DNA of 64,000 nucleotides, from the NCBI GenBank assembly GCA_963843915.1, contig CAWJMH010000008.1:141409-205408 (forward strand). Direction: 5' to 3'. The notes under the pieces are model-generated. The model saw nothing but the letters and a program-made list of their open reading frames with translations. It ran no database searches and was not told where the DNA came from. Below are positions 29,598 through 38,697 of the stretch, piece after piece (position 1 is the stretch's first letter; each line of letters opens with the position of its first letter). The DNA comes from an uncultured Solirubrobacterales bacterium (lineage in GTDB: Bacteria > Actinomycetota > Thermoleophilia > Solirubrobacterales > Solirubrobacteraceae). The translations under genes were made by a program, and so were the position numbers.

Positions 29598-30722
29598 ATG
29601 GCGAGCATGACGACGAGAGCGGCCGTGCTGCACAAGCCCGGCACGGACTGGGAGATCACCGAACTCGACCTCGACGAGCCCAAGGAGTTCGAGGTGCTGA
29701 TCCGCTACAAGGCGGCCGGCCTGTGTCACTCCGACGAGCACATCCGCCGCGAGGGCGGCAGCCACATCCGCTTTCCGCTGGTGGGCGGTCACGAGGGCGC
29801 GGGGATCGTCGAGGCCGTCGGCGCCGGCGTGACTCGCGTGGCGCCCGGCGATCACGTCGTGACTTCCTACATCCCGGCGTGCGGGAAGTGCCGCTACTGC
29901 TCGACCGGTCATCAGAACCTTTGCGATCGCGGGCTGTACGCGGGCGTCGGCTGCCTGCAGGACGAGACGTTCCGCTTCCACAAGGGCGGCGAGGACTTCG
30001 GCGGCTTCTGCGCGCTCGGCACGTTCTCCGACCACACCGTCGTGTCGGAGTACTCGTGCGTGCGGATCGACGACGACATCCCGTTCGAGGTGGCGTGCCT
30101 CGTCGGCTGCGGAGTGACGACCGGCTGGTGCTCGGCGGTCCGCGCCGGCGAGACCCGTCCGGGCGAGGCGGTCGTGATCTTCGGGGTCGGTGGCGTGGGG
30201 ATCAACGCCGTGCAGGGCGCGCGCTACGCCGGCGCCACGACCGTGGTAGCGATCGATCCGAACCCGTTCAAGCTCGAGATGGCCAGCAAGCTCGGCGCGA
30301 CCCACACCGCGACCACCGTCGAGCAGGCGCGCGAGACGCTGTGGGGACGAACGCATGGCCAGATGGCCGACCTGGCGGTGATCACCGTCGGGGTGCTCGA
30401 TCCGCAGACGACCGTCGACGCGGTCGGTCTGGTCGGCAAGGCGGGACGCGTGGTGGTGACCTCGGTCAGCCGCGCGGACGAGAAGTCGATCAGCCTGACC
30501 GGCTCGCCGATGGTCGGCTGGCACAAACGGATCCAGGGCTCGCTCGCCGGCGGCTCCAATCCGATCTTCGAGATGCCGAACCTGCTCGGCCTCTACCGGT
30601 CAGGCCACCTCAAGCTGGACGAGATCATCACGCGGAGATACACGCTCGAGCAGGTCAACGAGGGCTACCACGACCTGCTCGCCGGCAAGAACATCCGCGG
30701 CGTGGTCATTCACGAGAGCTAG
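29598..30722 (+). CDS. NDMA-dependent Zn alcohol dehydrogenase, Rxyl_3153-like mycofactocin-associated family, copy 2
   Basis: Same motif set as copy 1: GLCHSDEH, GGHEGAG, CGKCRYCSTGHQNLC, GCGVTTGW, GKNIRGV. Confidence 0.9.
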   Translation: MASMTTRAAVLHKPGTDWEITELDLDEPKEFEVLIRYKAAGLCHSDEHIRREGGSHIRFPLVGGHEGAGIVEAVGAGVTRVAPGDHVVTSYIPACGKCRYCSTGHQNLCDRGLYAGVGCLQDETFRFHKGGEDFGGFCALGTFSDHTVVSEYSCVRIDDDIPFEVACLVGCGVTTGWCSAVRAGETRPGEAVVIFGVGGVGINAVQGARYAGATTVVAIDPNPFKLEMASKLGATHTATTVEQARETLWGRTHGQMADLAVITVGVLDPQTTVDAVGLVGKAGRVVVTSVSRADEKSISLTGSPMVGWHKRIQGSLAGGSNPIFEMPNLLGLYRSGHLKLDEIITRRYTLEQVNEGYHDLLAGKNIRGVVIHES

Positions 30723-31928
30723 GGGCCTACATCGACCGGCTCGACGGCCGCGCCCAGCCGGCGCGTGAACCCCGGCGGGATGATGATGTCCGCGGGGCTG
30801 AGGTCGTGCACCGAGGCGTGGCCGAGGCCGAGCAGGGCCGAGTCGATGCCGTTGCGCATGATGTCGAGCACGTTCTCGACGCCCGGCTGGCCGGCGGCGG
30901 CGAGGCCCCACAGGTACGCCCGGCCGATCATCACCGCCCGGGCTCCGAGCGCGAGCGCCTTGACGACGTCGCCACCTCGCCGGACTCCGCCATCGAGCAG
31001 GACCTCGACCTGGTCGCCGACGGCGTCGGCGATCGCAGGCAACGCGCGGATCGAGGCCGGGGTGCCGTCTAGGTTGTTGCCGCCGTGGTTCGAGACCGAG
31101 ATCGCGCTGAATCCGGCGTCGACCGCGCGCTGGGCGTCGTCGACGCGGGTCACGCCCTTGAGCATGAACGGGCCCTGCCACTGCTCGCGCAGCCACCGGA
31201 GGTCCTCCCAGCTCGGCGGGTGGCGTCTGCATCCACTCGCCGTAGGCGCCGAAGAACGTCTGCGGCGGCTCGCCGGGCGGGGACAGGTTGGGGACGGTCA
31301 GGTCGGGTGGTCCGCCGGCGCGGGCCCAATCGGCGAGCCACGCCGGCCGGACCAGGACCTCGGGCGCCAGCCGGAGCATCGCCGCCAGGTCGATGTGGTC
31401 GGGGATCCACGGGCTGCCCCAGTCGCGGCTGTGCGAGAACGTCCAGTCGAGCGTCACGATCATCCCGACCGCGCCGGCGGCCCGGGCGCGATCGAGTCGC
31501 GCCGCGATCTGGTCGCGCGTGCCGCACCAGTAGATCTGGAACAACGTCCGGGGGTTGGCCGCGACCACCTCCTCGATCGGCTTGCTCGCGAACGAGCTGA
31601 GCCCGATCGCCGTGCCGCGCGCGGCCGCGGCGCGCGCGACCGCGAGCTCACCGTCGGGATGGACCGACTGCACGCCGGTCGGGGAGATCAGCACCGGCAA
31701 CGAGAGCTCCTGCCCCATCACGGTCGTGGCCATGTCCCGCGCCGCCGGCAGGTCGGCGACGTGGGGCGCGAAGCCGAGCTCTCCGAACGCGGCGACGTTG
31801 TCCGCGAGCGTCACGCCGGCCTCGGACCCCGCGATCAGCGCCGAGTACACCGACCTCGGCAGCCGCCGCTTCGCCCGGCGCTGGGCGACCGCCACCGACT
31901 CGAACCACGGATTGCGGCCGAGTTTCAC
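30719..31928 (-). CDS. mftD: Pre-mycofactocin synthase, FMN-dependent (frameshift near 31215)
   Basis: NPWFESVAVAQRRAKRRLPRSVY..AGSEAG, SPTGVQSVHPDGE, LSSFASKP, TLDWTFSHSRDWGSP, FFGAYGEWM, SNHGGNNLDG. Confidence 0.95.
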
Positions 31929-33220
31929 GGCGAGCGCAGTACCGCCAGCGGGCTCTCGTCGCAGGGGTGGGGTGGGGGCTCGGTCCGCGCTCGCCGAGGC
32001 GTCGTTCTGGACATGTCCACCGACGGCCTCGGCACCGGGGAGTCGCCGCGCTCGGCCAGGAGACGCTCGCCGTGGCCGAGCACGCACTCCGGGTCGGGTC
32101 CGGCGAGCGGCAGCCCCGTGAAGAACTTCGCCGCCATGCAGCCGCCGCGGCACTTGTCGAACAGCCCGCAGCTCGCGCACGCGCCGGCGTGCTGTGGCTC
32201 GCGCAGCTCGGCGAACAGCTCGGACTCGCGCCAGACGGCCGTGAAGCCGCCGCGCTCGCGGACGTTGCCGGCGCGGAACTCGTCGTGGATCACGAACGGG
32301 CACGCGTACACGTCGCCGATCGGATCGATCAGGCACACCACCCGCCCGGCGCCGCACAGGTTCAGGCCCGGAAGCGCGGCGCCGTAGCCGCCGAGGTGGA
32401 AGAACGAGTCGCCGGTGAGCACGCTGTCGCCGTGGGCGAGCAGCCACTCGTACAGCTCGCGCTGCTGAGCCGCGGTGGGGTGGAGCTGGTCCCAGACGTC
32501 GGCGCCGCGCCCGGACGGCCGCAGACGCGTCAGCCGCAGCTGCGCCCCGAACCCGTCGGCGAGCGCCTTGAACGCGTCGAGCTGGGTCGCGTTCTCGCGC
32601 GTGACCACCACCGACAGCTTGAACCCCGCAAAGCCGGCGTCGGCCAGGTTCTCCATCGCGCGGATCGCGGTGGCGTACGAGCCGGGCCCGCGCACGCGGT
32701 CGTTGACCTCGGCGGTGGCGCCGTCGAGCGAGACCTGCACGTCGACGTAGTCGGTGCCGGCGATCCGGGCCGCGACCGCAGCGGTGATCCGCGAGCCGTT
32801 GGTCGAGAACTTCACGCCGACGTGGTGCGCGACGGCGTAGTCGATCAGCTCCCAGAAGTCGCGCCTGACGGTCGGCTCGCCGCCGCCGACGTTGACATAG
32901 AACACCTGCATGCGCTCGAGCTCGTCGATCACCGCCATGCACTCGGCCGTGCTCAGCTCTCGCGGGTCGCGCCGGCCGGAGCTCGACAGGCAGTGAACGC
33001 ACGCGAGGTTGCACGCGTACGTGAGCTCCCACGTCAGGCAGATCGGCGCGTCGAGGCCGGTCTCGAGCTCGTCGGTCAATGAGCGTGCCTCGTCCGTCCG
33101 ACGGCGCACGATCGACAGCCGCCGCGTGCCGAAGTGGTAGGCCAGGGCGCCGAAGCGCTCGGGCCTCAGCTCCACCTCGGGATCCAGCTGCGCGCCCCGC
33201 TTGAACTCGGCGGAATTCAC
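31925..33220 (-). CDS. mftC: Mycofactocin radical SAM maturase MftC with an N-terminal truncated MftB segment fused in frame
   Basis: GLDAPICLTWELTYACNLACVHCLSSSG, GGGEPT, LCGAGRVVCLIDPIGDVYACPF, SPASM CASC..CRGGCMAAKFFTG; the first ~40 aa are MftB-like; alternative TTG start at 33079. Confidence 0.95.
   Translation of the reverse strand: MNSAEFKRGAQLDPEVELRPERFGALAYHFGTRRLSIVRRRTDEARSLTDELETGLDAPICLTWELTYACNLACVHCLSSSGRRDPRELSTAECMAVIDELERMQVFYVNVGGGEPTVRRDFWELIDYAVAHHVGVKFSTNGSRITAAVAARIAGTDYVDVQVSLDGATAEVNDRVRGPGSYATAIRAMENLADAGFAGFKLSVVVTRENATQLDAFKALADGFGAQLRLTRLRPSGRGADVWDQLHPTAAQQRELYEWLLAHGDSVLTGDSFFHLGGYGAALPGLNLCGAGRVVCLIDPIGDVYACPFVIHDEFRAGNVRERGGFTAVWRESELFAELREPQHAGACASCGLFDKCRGGCMAAKFFTGLPLAGPDPECVLGHGERLLAERGDSPVPRPSVDMSRTTPRRARTEPPPHPCDESPLAVLRSP
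33110..33220 (-). other. mftB: MftB (RRE chaperone) N-terminal half only, with no stop before mftC
   Basis: LDPEVELRPERFGALAYHFGTRRLS matches the MftB signature (V.LRPE.FGAL.YHFGTR.LS); the helical C-terminal half is absent. Confidence 0.8.
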
Positions 33221-33230
33221 CGATCCGGCT

Positions 33231-33380
33231 CTAGTAGACGCCGCACATGCCATCGATCGAGACGTCCTCGACCAGCAGATCCTCGACGACCAGGTTCTCG
33301 TCGGTGGGCGGCGGCGCCGTGGCCTCCTCTGGCTCCGGCCGGGCCGCCGTCTGCTCGACCTGCTCGGGCGTGATGCTCAT
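33231..33380 (-). CDS. mftA: Mycofactocin precursor peptide (49 aa), absent from the ORF track
   Basis: MSITPEQVEQTAARPEPEEATAPPPTDENLVVEDLLVEDVSIDGMCGVY*; canonical IDGMCGVY C-terminus; RBS AGGAGAGGAG. Confidence 0.98.
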   Translation of the reverse strand: MSITPEQVEQTAARPEPEEATAPPPTDENLVVEDLLVEDVSIDGMCGVY

Positions 33381-33413
33381 GCGCTTCTCCTCTCCTGCGA
33401 GGCGGTCGGGCGC

Positions 33414-33437
33414 GATAATTTAGCACCCTGTGACAAA
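33414..33437. promoter_or_regulatory. Overlapping divergent -10 elements and a candidate MftR operator
   Basis: GATAAT (+) and TAAATT (-) in the 49-bp gap between mftA and mftE; TTT-AGCA-CCCTG-TGAC-AAA resembles the mycobacterial MftR box T-N2-GGCA-N5-TGCC-N2-A. Confidence 0.5.
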
Positions 33438-34125
33438 TCTCCCGGATGCCACCTGGCCGGAGATCGACCGCGCTCCGCGGCTGGTTTTGGTCGTCCCCTT
33501 GGGCTCGCTCGAGCAGCACGGTCCGCATCTCCCGCTCGACACCGACACCCGCATCGCCGTCGCCGTCGCCCGCGGCGCGGTGAGCGCTCGGGACGGCGTC
33601 GGGCTCGCCCCGGCGCTCGCGTTCGGCGCGAGCGGAGAGCACGATGCGTTTCCCGGGACGCTGTCGATCGGCACGAGCGCGCTGACCGAGTTGCTGGTCG
33701 AGCTCGGCCGCGACGCGTCGCGGTACTGGGACGCGCTGCTGCTGGTCAACGCCCACGGCGGAAACGCCGACGCGGTGTCCGCCGCGGTTGCGCAGCTCCG
33801 GTCCGAGGGCCGCCGCTGCGCGGTGTTCGCGGCGGCGCCGGCATCGGGCGACGCCCACGCCGGTCTGACCGAGACCGCGATGCTGCTGCACCTCGATCCG
33901 GGCGTCGTTCGGATCGAGCTCGCGCAGGAGGGCGAACGCCGGCCGCTCAGCGAGGTGATCGATCGCCTGCGCAGCACGGGTGTCCGGTCGGTCAGCCCCA
34001 ACGGCGTGCTCGGCGATCCGCGCGGCGCCACCGCCGCGCAGGGCCGGCGGCTGCTCGACGAGCTGATCGGCGGGTGCACCGTGGCCCTCGACGCGCTGTT
34101 GGCCGAGGTGCCCGCGCATGCCTGA
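33430..34125 (+). CDS. mftE: Mycofactocin peptidase, creatininase family
   Basis: VPLGSLEQHGPHLPLDTD, GASGEH..FPGTLSIG, VNAHGGN, DAHAGLTET, VSPNGVLGDP. Confidence 0.95.
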   Translation: MTNLPDATWPEIDRAPRLVLVVPLGSLEQHGPHLPLDTDTRIAVAVARGAVSARDGVGLAPALAFGASGEHDAFPGTLSIGTSALTELLVELGRDASRYWDALLLVNAHGGNADAVSAAVAQLRSEGRRCAVFAAAPASGDAHAGLTETAMLLHLDPGVVRIELAQEGERRPLSEVIDRLRSTGVRSVSPNGVLGDPRGATAAQGRRLLDELIGGCTVALDALLAEVPAHA

Positions 34126-34903
34126 CGGACCGGGGCTCGCCGTCGTCACCGGCGCGGCTCGCGGGATCGGCGCGGAGGTCGGCTTGGGCCTGGCCGCGGA
34201 GCGGTGGTCGCTGCTGCTCGTCGACGCGTGTGTGAGCCAGCCGGGAGTCGAGTACGCGATGCCGGGGCCGGCGGATCTCGAGCGCGTCGCTGAACGCTGC
34301 GTGAGCGCCGGAGCGCCGGCGGCCGAGGTGCTCGAGGCCGATGTCGCCGGCGAGGACTTCGCCGACCGGGTGTCGGCGGCGCTCGCGGGCCGGACGGCCG
34401 GCGCCGCGGTCGCCGCTGCCGGCGTGATCGCGGGCGGGCCGGGCTGGGCGACCAGCCGGGAGGCATGGTCGACGCTGATCGACGTCAACCTGCACGGCGT
34501 ACGGCGGCTCGCCGAGGCGACCGTGCCCGGGATGATTGCCGCCGGCCGGGGCCGGTTCGTCGCGATCGCCTCGGCGGCGGCGCTGCGAGCGATGCCGCAG
34601 CTCGCCGCTTACTCGGCCGCGAAGGCGGCCGCGGTCGGCTACGTCCGCGCGCTGGCCGCGGACCTCGCGGGAACCGGGGTGTCGGCAAACGCGATCTGCC
34701 CGGGGTCGACGCGCGGCGCGATGCTCACCGCGAGCGCCGCGTTGTACGACCTCCCGGACCAGGAAGCGTTCGCCGGCCAGCAGCTGATGCGGCGGCTGCT
34801 CGAGCCCGCGGAGATCGCCGCCGCCGCGGTGTGGCTGTGCGGCCCCGGAGCCTCCGCGCTGACCGGCGCGGTGATCCCGGTCGACGGAGGGCTGACGCCG
34901 TAG
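34118..34903 (+). CDS. Mycofactocin-coupled SDR family oxidoreductase
   Basis: VTGAARGIG, DAC..GVEYAM insertion, AAAGVIAGG, YSAAK, PGSTRGAML..SAALYDL; lies between mftE and mftF. Confidence 0.9.
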   Translation: MPDGPGLAVVTGAARGIGAEVGLGLAAERWSLLLVDACVSQPGVEYAMPGPADLERVAERCVSAGAPAAEVLEADVAGEDFADRVSAALAGRTAGAAVAAAGVIAGGPGWATSREAWSTLIDVNLHGVRRLAEATVPGMIAAGRGRFVAIASAAALRAMPQLAAYSAAKAAAVGYVRALAADLAGTGVSANAICPGSTRGAMLTASAALYDLPDQEAFAGQQLMRRLLEPAEIAAAAVWLCGPGASALTGAVIPVDGGLTP

Positions 34904-36323
34904 AAGCCCCGGCGCACCTGCCGGTCCCGGCCGGCTGGCGCCTGCGCCCGGCCCGAGGGCTGCGGACGCAACGCGCCGGCGAGGTGCTCGTCGGCGGCTC
35001 GCCGATCCGGCTGATCACGCTCTCGCCGCACGGCGCCGGCCTGGTCGCGGGGTGGTTGGCGGGCGAGCCGGTGGGCGCCGACCTCGGCGAGCGCCTGCTC
35101 GCGCGCCGGCTGCTCGCGGCGGCGCTGGCCGATCCCGATCCGCCGCCGAGTAGCGACGGGGCCGAGGACGTCACGATCGTCGTCCCCGTCTACGGTCGCG
35201 CGGAGCAGCTCGAGCGCTGCCTGGCGGCCCTCTCCGGCGCCCACCCGGTGATCGTGGTCGACGACGGATCTCCCGACGGCGGCGCGATCGAGGCCGTCGC
35301 GGATCGGTTCGGAGCACGCTACGTGCGACACGGCACCAACCGCGGGGCGTCGGCGGCTCGCAACACCGGGCTCGGCCTGGCGAGAACCACGCTGGTCGCG
35401 TTCCTCGACTCGGACTGCACTCCGCCGCCCGGGTTCCCCGACGCGCTGCTCGGTCACCTGGCCGATCCGGCGGTCGCGCTCGTCGCGCCGCGGGTCGTCT
35501 CATCGGACCGGCTCACGGGCCGGGTCGCCGCGTACGAGCGCTGCCACTCGATCCTCGACATGGGTCCGCATCCGTCGCTCGTGCGGCCGTACTCGTTCGT
35601 GTGGTACGCGCCGTCCGCGGCGATGGTCGCGCGCAGAGAAGCGCTGCGGGACGGATTCGACGAGCGGCTCGAGCTGGGAGAGGACGTCGATCTGGTCTGG
35701 CGTCTGCACGACGCGGGATGGCAGGTTCGCTACGACCCGCGGACTCGCGTGGCGCACGAGGATCGCGTCCGTCCGTGGGCCTGGTACGCGCGCAGGGTTG
35801 CGTACAACGAGTCGGTCGCGCCGCTGCTCGAGCGCCACCCGGAGCGCCTGCCGGCGGCTGTTCGTCTCCCCGGTGGCGGCGCTGTGCTGGGTCGCGACGT
35901 TGAGCGGTTGCTGGCCCGCGCTGCTCGGCCTCACCGTGCTGCGCGCTGTTCGGCTGCGACGGAGTGATCGGCGAGCGGGTGCCCGGCGCGGCCGCGTGGG
36001 CGGCCAGCGTCGGCGTCGAGGCGACGATCCAGGAGGGGCGCCAGCTTGGACGCGCGGCGGCCGGCCCCTGGGCACCGTCTGCCTTGCGGCTGCGTGCGCG
36101 GGACGCAGGCGCGGCGGGATCGGGGAGGCTGGGTGCGCTGGTCGCCGCCGGGATCGTCGCCGACTGGGTCGAGGACCGCCCGCGGCTCGACCCGCCGACC
36201 TACGCCGCGCTCCGCCTCGCCGAGGAATCCGCGCGCGGCGCCGGGATCTGGATCGCGTGCGTGCGCGCGCGTGACTTCCGGGCGCTGCGCCCGAGGCGCC
36301 CGCCGCACCCGAGCCGTCGCTAA
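34900..36323 (+). CDS. mftF: Mycofactocin glycosyltransferase (frameshifts in the 3' third; start uncertain)
   Basis: LVGGSPIRLITLS, VVDDGS, NRGASAARNTG, AFLDSD, YERCHSILDMG, PSAAMV, GEDVDLVWR, GAGIWIAC. Confidence 0.9.
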
Positions 36324-36925
36324 TCGGGCGCGAGCGTGGCCAGGCCCGATCCGAGCAGCCGGTAGGCCTCGTCGAGGTTCGCGACGAGGTCGCTCGACGG
36401 GTCGTCGACCCAAACCAGGAACGCGGCCATCGACGTTCCGAGTGCGGCGTGAGCGACGGTCTGCGGGAGGAGATCGCTCGCCTCGCAGCCGAGCCGGCCG
36501 GCCACGAACTCGGCGATCACCGCCCGCCATTCCGCATAGCGCAGCGTCGAGTGCGCCTGAAGCGCCGGGATGCCAGTGATCAGCCGCATCCGGATCCGGA
36601 GCTCGGGAAGTTGCTCGTCCTCGTAGCGGTTTGACTGCACGACCGCGCGGCGGAGCGCCTCGTGCAGGGGCTCGTCGGGAGCCGTCGCATCGAGACAGCT
36701 ACGCAGGCGCGCGAGCACCCAGTCGAAGTCGCCCCAGACCATGTCGTTCTTCGACGCGAAGTAGCGAAACAGCGTGCGACGACTCACCCCCAGGGCCTCG
36801 GCGATGTCGTCGACCGTGGTTTGCTCGAACCCCCGCTCGCCGAACATCTCGAGCGCCGTCCGGCTGACCGCCGGGCGGGAGGTACCAGGCGGTCGCCCCG
36901 GCCGCTGAGAAACGCTCGCGGACAC
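36320..36925 (-). CDS. mftR: Mycofactocin system TetR regulator
   Basis: GRPPGTS..FGERGFEQTTVDDIA..GVSRRTLFRYFASKNDMVWGDFD, RIRMRLI..PALQAHSTLRYAEWR; GTG start 36925 preferred. Confidence 0.93.
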   Translation of the reverse strand: MSASVSQRPGRPPGTSRPAVSRTALEMFGERGFEQTTVDDIAEALGVSRRTLFRYFASKNDMVWGDFDWVLARLRSCLDATAPDEPLHEALRRAVVQSNRYEDEQLPELRIRMRLITGIPALQAHSTLRYAEWRAVIAEFVAGRLGCEASDLLPQTVAHAALGTSMAAFLVWVDDPSSDLVANLDEAYRLLGSGLATLAPD

Positions 36926-36931
36926 TAAACC

Positions 36932-36950
36932 GTCAGCCCTGAGTGACAAC
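36932..36950. promoter_or_regulatory. Second candidate MftR operator upstream of mftR
   Basis: GTC-AGCC-CTGAG-TGAC-AAC shares AGC-N-C-N3-GTGACAA with the site at 33419-33437. Confidence 0.4.
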
Positions 36951-37093
36951 AGCACCCTCTCGGTCTGTCCGCTGCCCCAGCCCCGCTGCGAGTGCTAACC
37001 GTGGCACCGGGGCACGAGCAGCCTGTATTGATTGTTTGACATTACCGCAGCACGTCACGACACCCGTGTCACTTGATTAGTATCGACTAGTAG

Positions 37094-37390
37094 ATGACCG
37101 GCCCGCCGGACCACCTGACCGCCGAGAGATTCGTCGAACACGACCGTCGCGTCGTCGCGCTCGTCGGCGAGCTCGATCTGGCGAGTGCGCCGATCGCCGA
37201 GGAAGCACTGCAGGCCGACGTCGACGTGCTCGACCTCTCACGCCTGGAGTTCATGGACTCGGGCGGCGTCAGGATCGTGCTTCGCGTCTGCGGGGCCAGG
37301 ACCGAGCCGCTCGTCGTCCGCGGGGTCACGCGCGCCGTACGCCGGATCCTCGATCTGACCGGCGTCAGCGACCTCCTCGTGTACGAGTAG
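37094..37390 (+). CDS. STAS domain anti-sigma factor antagonist
   Basis: GELDLAS, LDLSRLEFMDSGG, VRRILDLTG. Confidence 0.9.
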   Translation: MTGPPDHLTAERFVEHDRRVVALVGELDLASAPIAEEALQADVDVLDLSRLEFMDSGGVRIVLRVCGARTEPLVVRGVTRAVRRILDLTGVSDLLVYE

Positions 37391-37458
37391 GCAGGCTCGG
37401 ATCGGATAGGCTCACCCCCCGGACGCTGATTTCATCGCGAGGTATCGCGGGGGGAGAC

Positions 37459-38319
37459 ATGGCCACCGACCAGAACTCACTTGGCTCGCTGCTCGCTGCT
37501 CGGCACGCCGACATTCTTGACTCGTGGGTGCGCGCTCAGCTGTCCGCATCGACGCTCCGGCCCGCGCTGCTCTCCGAGGCGCAGCTGCGGAGCGAGTCCG
37601 AGCAACTGCTCGCCGCGCTGATCGACGCGTGGACCAGGGATCCGGCCGGCGAGACATCCGGCGACGCCTGGGGTCAGGTGCGCGCTCATCTCGAGGAGCT
37701 GTCGCGCTCGCGCGTGCTGGACGGCTACTCGCCCAGCGAGACCGCCACGTTCGTGTTCTCTATCAAGCAGCCCGTGTTCGACGTGGTCACCGACGCCAGC
37801 TCGGGTGATGATCTGGTGCCACTGCTCTGGCAGGCGTCGAGCGTCGTCGATCGGCTCGGCCTGATGACCGTGGAGGCCTACCAGCGCACGCGCGAGGATG
37901 TGATCCGGCGCCAGCAGGAGGAGATGATGGAGCTCTCCACCCCGGTCATCAAGCTCTGGGAGGGAGCGGTCGCCGTCCCGCTGATCGGCACCCTGGACAG
38001 CGCCCGTACGCAGGTCGTGATGGAGAGCCTGCTCGAGCGGATCGTCCAGACCGACGCCACGATCGCGATCATCGACATCACCGGGGTGCCAACGGTCGAC
38101 ACGCTCGTCGCTCAGCACCTGCTCAAGACCGTCGCCGCCGCGCGGTTGATGGGAGCCGACTGCATCATCAGCGGCATCCGTCCTCAGATCGCCCAGACGA
38201 TCGTGCACCTCGGGCTCGACCTGAGCGAGGTCACGACGAAGGCCACGCTCGCTGACGCGTTCGTCACGGCGCTCGATCGGATGGGCCAGCGCGTCGTCAG
38301 TACGGACCGAGTGGAGTAG
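37459..38319 (+). CDS. rsbR: Stressosome RsbR (RsbRD-N domain plus STAS)
   Basis: SPSETATFVFSIK, ELSTPVIKLW, PLIGTLDSART, IDITGVPTVDT, SGIRPQIAQTIV. Confidence 0.93.
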   Translation: MATDQNSLGSLLAARHADILDSWVRAQLSASTLRPALLSEAQLRSESEQLLAALIDAWTRDPAGETSGDAWGQVRAHLEELSRSRVLDGYSPSETATFVFSIKQPVFDVVTDASSGDDLVPLLWQASSVVDRLGLMTVEAYQRTREDVIRRQQEEMMELSTPVIKLWEGAVAVPLIGTLDSARTQVVMESLLERIVQTDATIAIIDITGVPTVDTLVAQHLLKTVAAARLMGADCIISGIRPQIAQTIVHLGLDLSEVTTKATLADAFVTALDRMGQRVVSTDRVE

Positions 38320-38325
38320 CTTCTC

Positions 38326-38697
38326 GTGCCAGGCGGTTCCGGAGAGATCCCCATCCTGAAGCTGGGTCGTCTGCTGCTCGTCACGATCCAGGTCGATATG
38401 AACGATGCCGTCGCGATCGCGCTCCAGGAAGATCTCACGACGCGGATCGTCGAGACCGGCGCGCGGGGCGTGTTGATCGACATCTCCGCGCTCGAGATCG
38501 TCGACTCGTTCATCGGCCGGATGCTGGTCGACACGGCCGCGGCCTCGCGGCTGCTCGATGCGGAGACCGTCGTCGTCGGGATGCAGCCGGCGGTCGCGAT
38601 CACGCTGGTTGAGTTGGGGTTGACGCTCGAAGGGGTCAAGACTGCACTGTCGGTGGAACGGGGCATGGCGCTGCTGGGGCGAAGGTTGAGCGGATAG
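38326..38697 (+). CDS. rsbS: Stressosome RsbS
   Basis: [44 protein letters not shown]. Confidence 0.95.
   Translation: MPGGSGEIPILKLGRLLLVTIQVDMNDAVAIALQEDLTTRIVETGARGVLIDISALEIVDSFIGRMLVDTAAASRLLDAETVVVGMQPAVAITLVELGLTLEGVKTALSVERGMALLGRRLSG

Noticed and set aside
30600-33032. 810-aa ORF, and other long Arg/Ala/Pro-rich alternative-frame or antisense ORFs throughout the window
   Set aside because: These are shadow ORFs typical of high-GC DNA. Only the mftD segment of this one has recognisable motifs.
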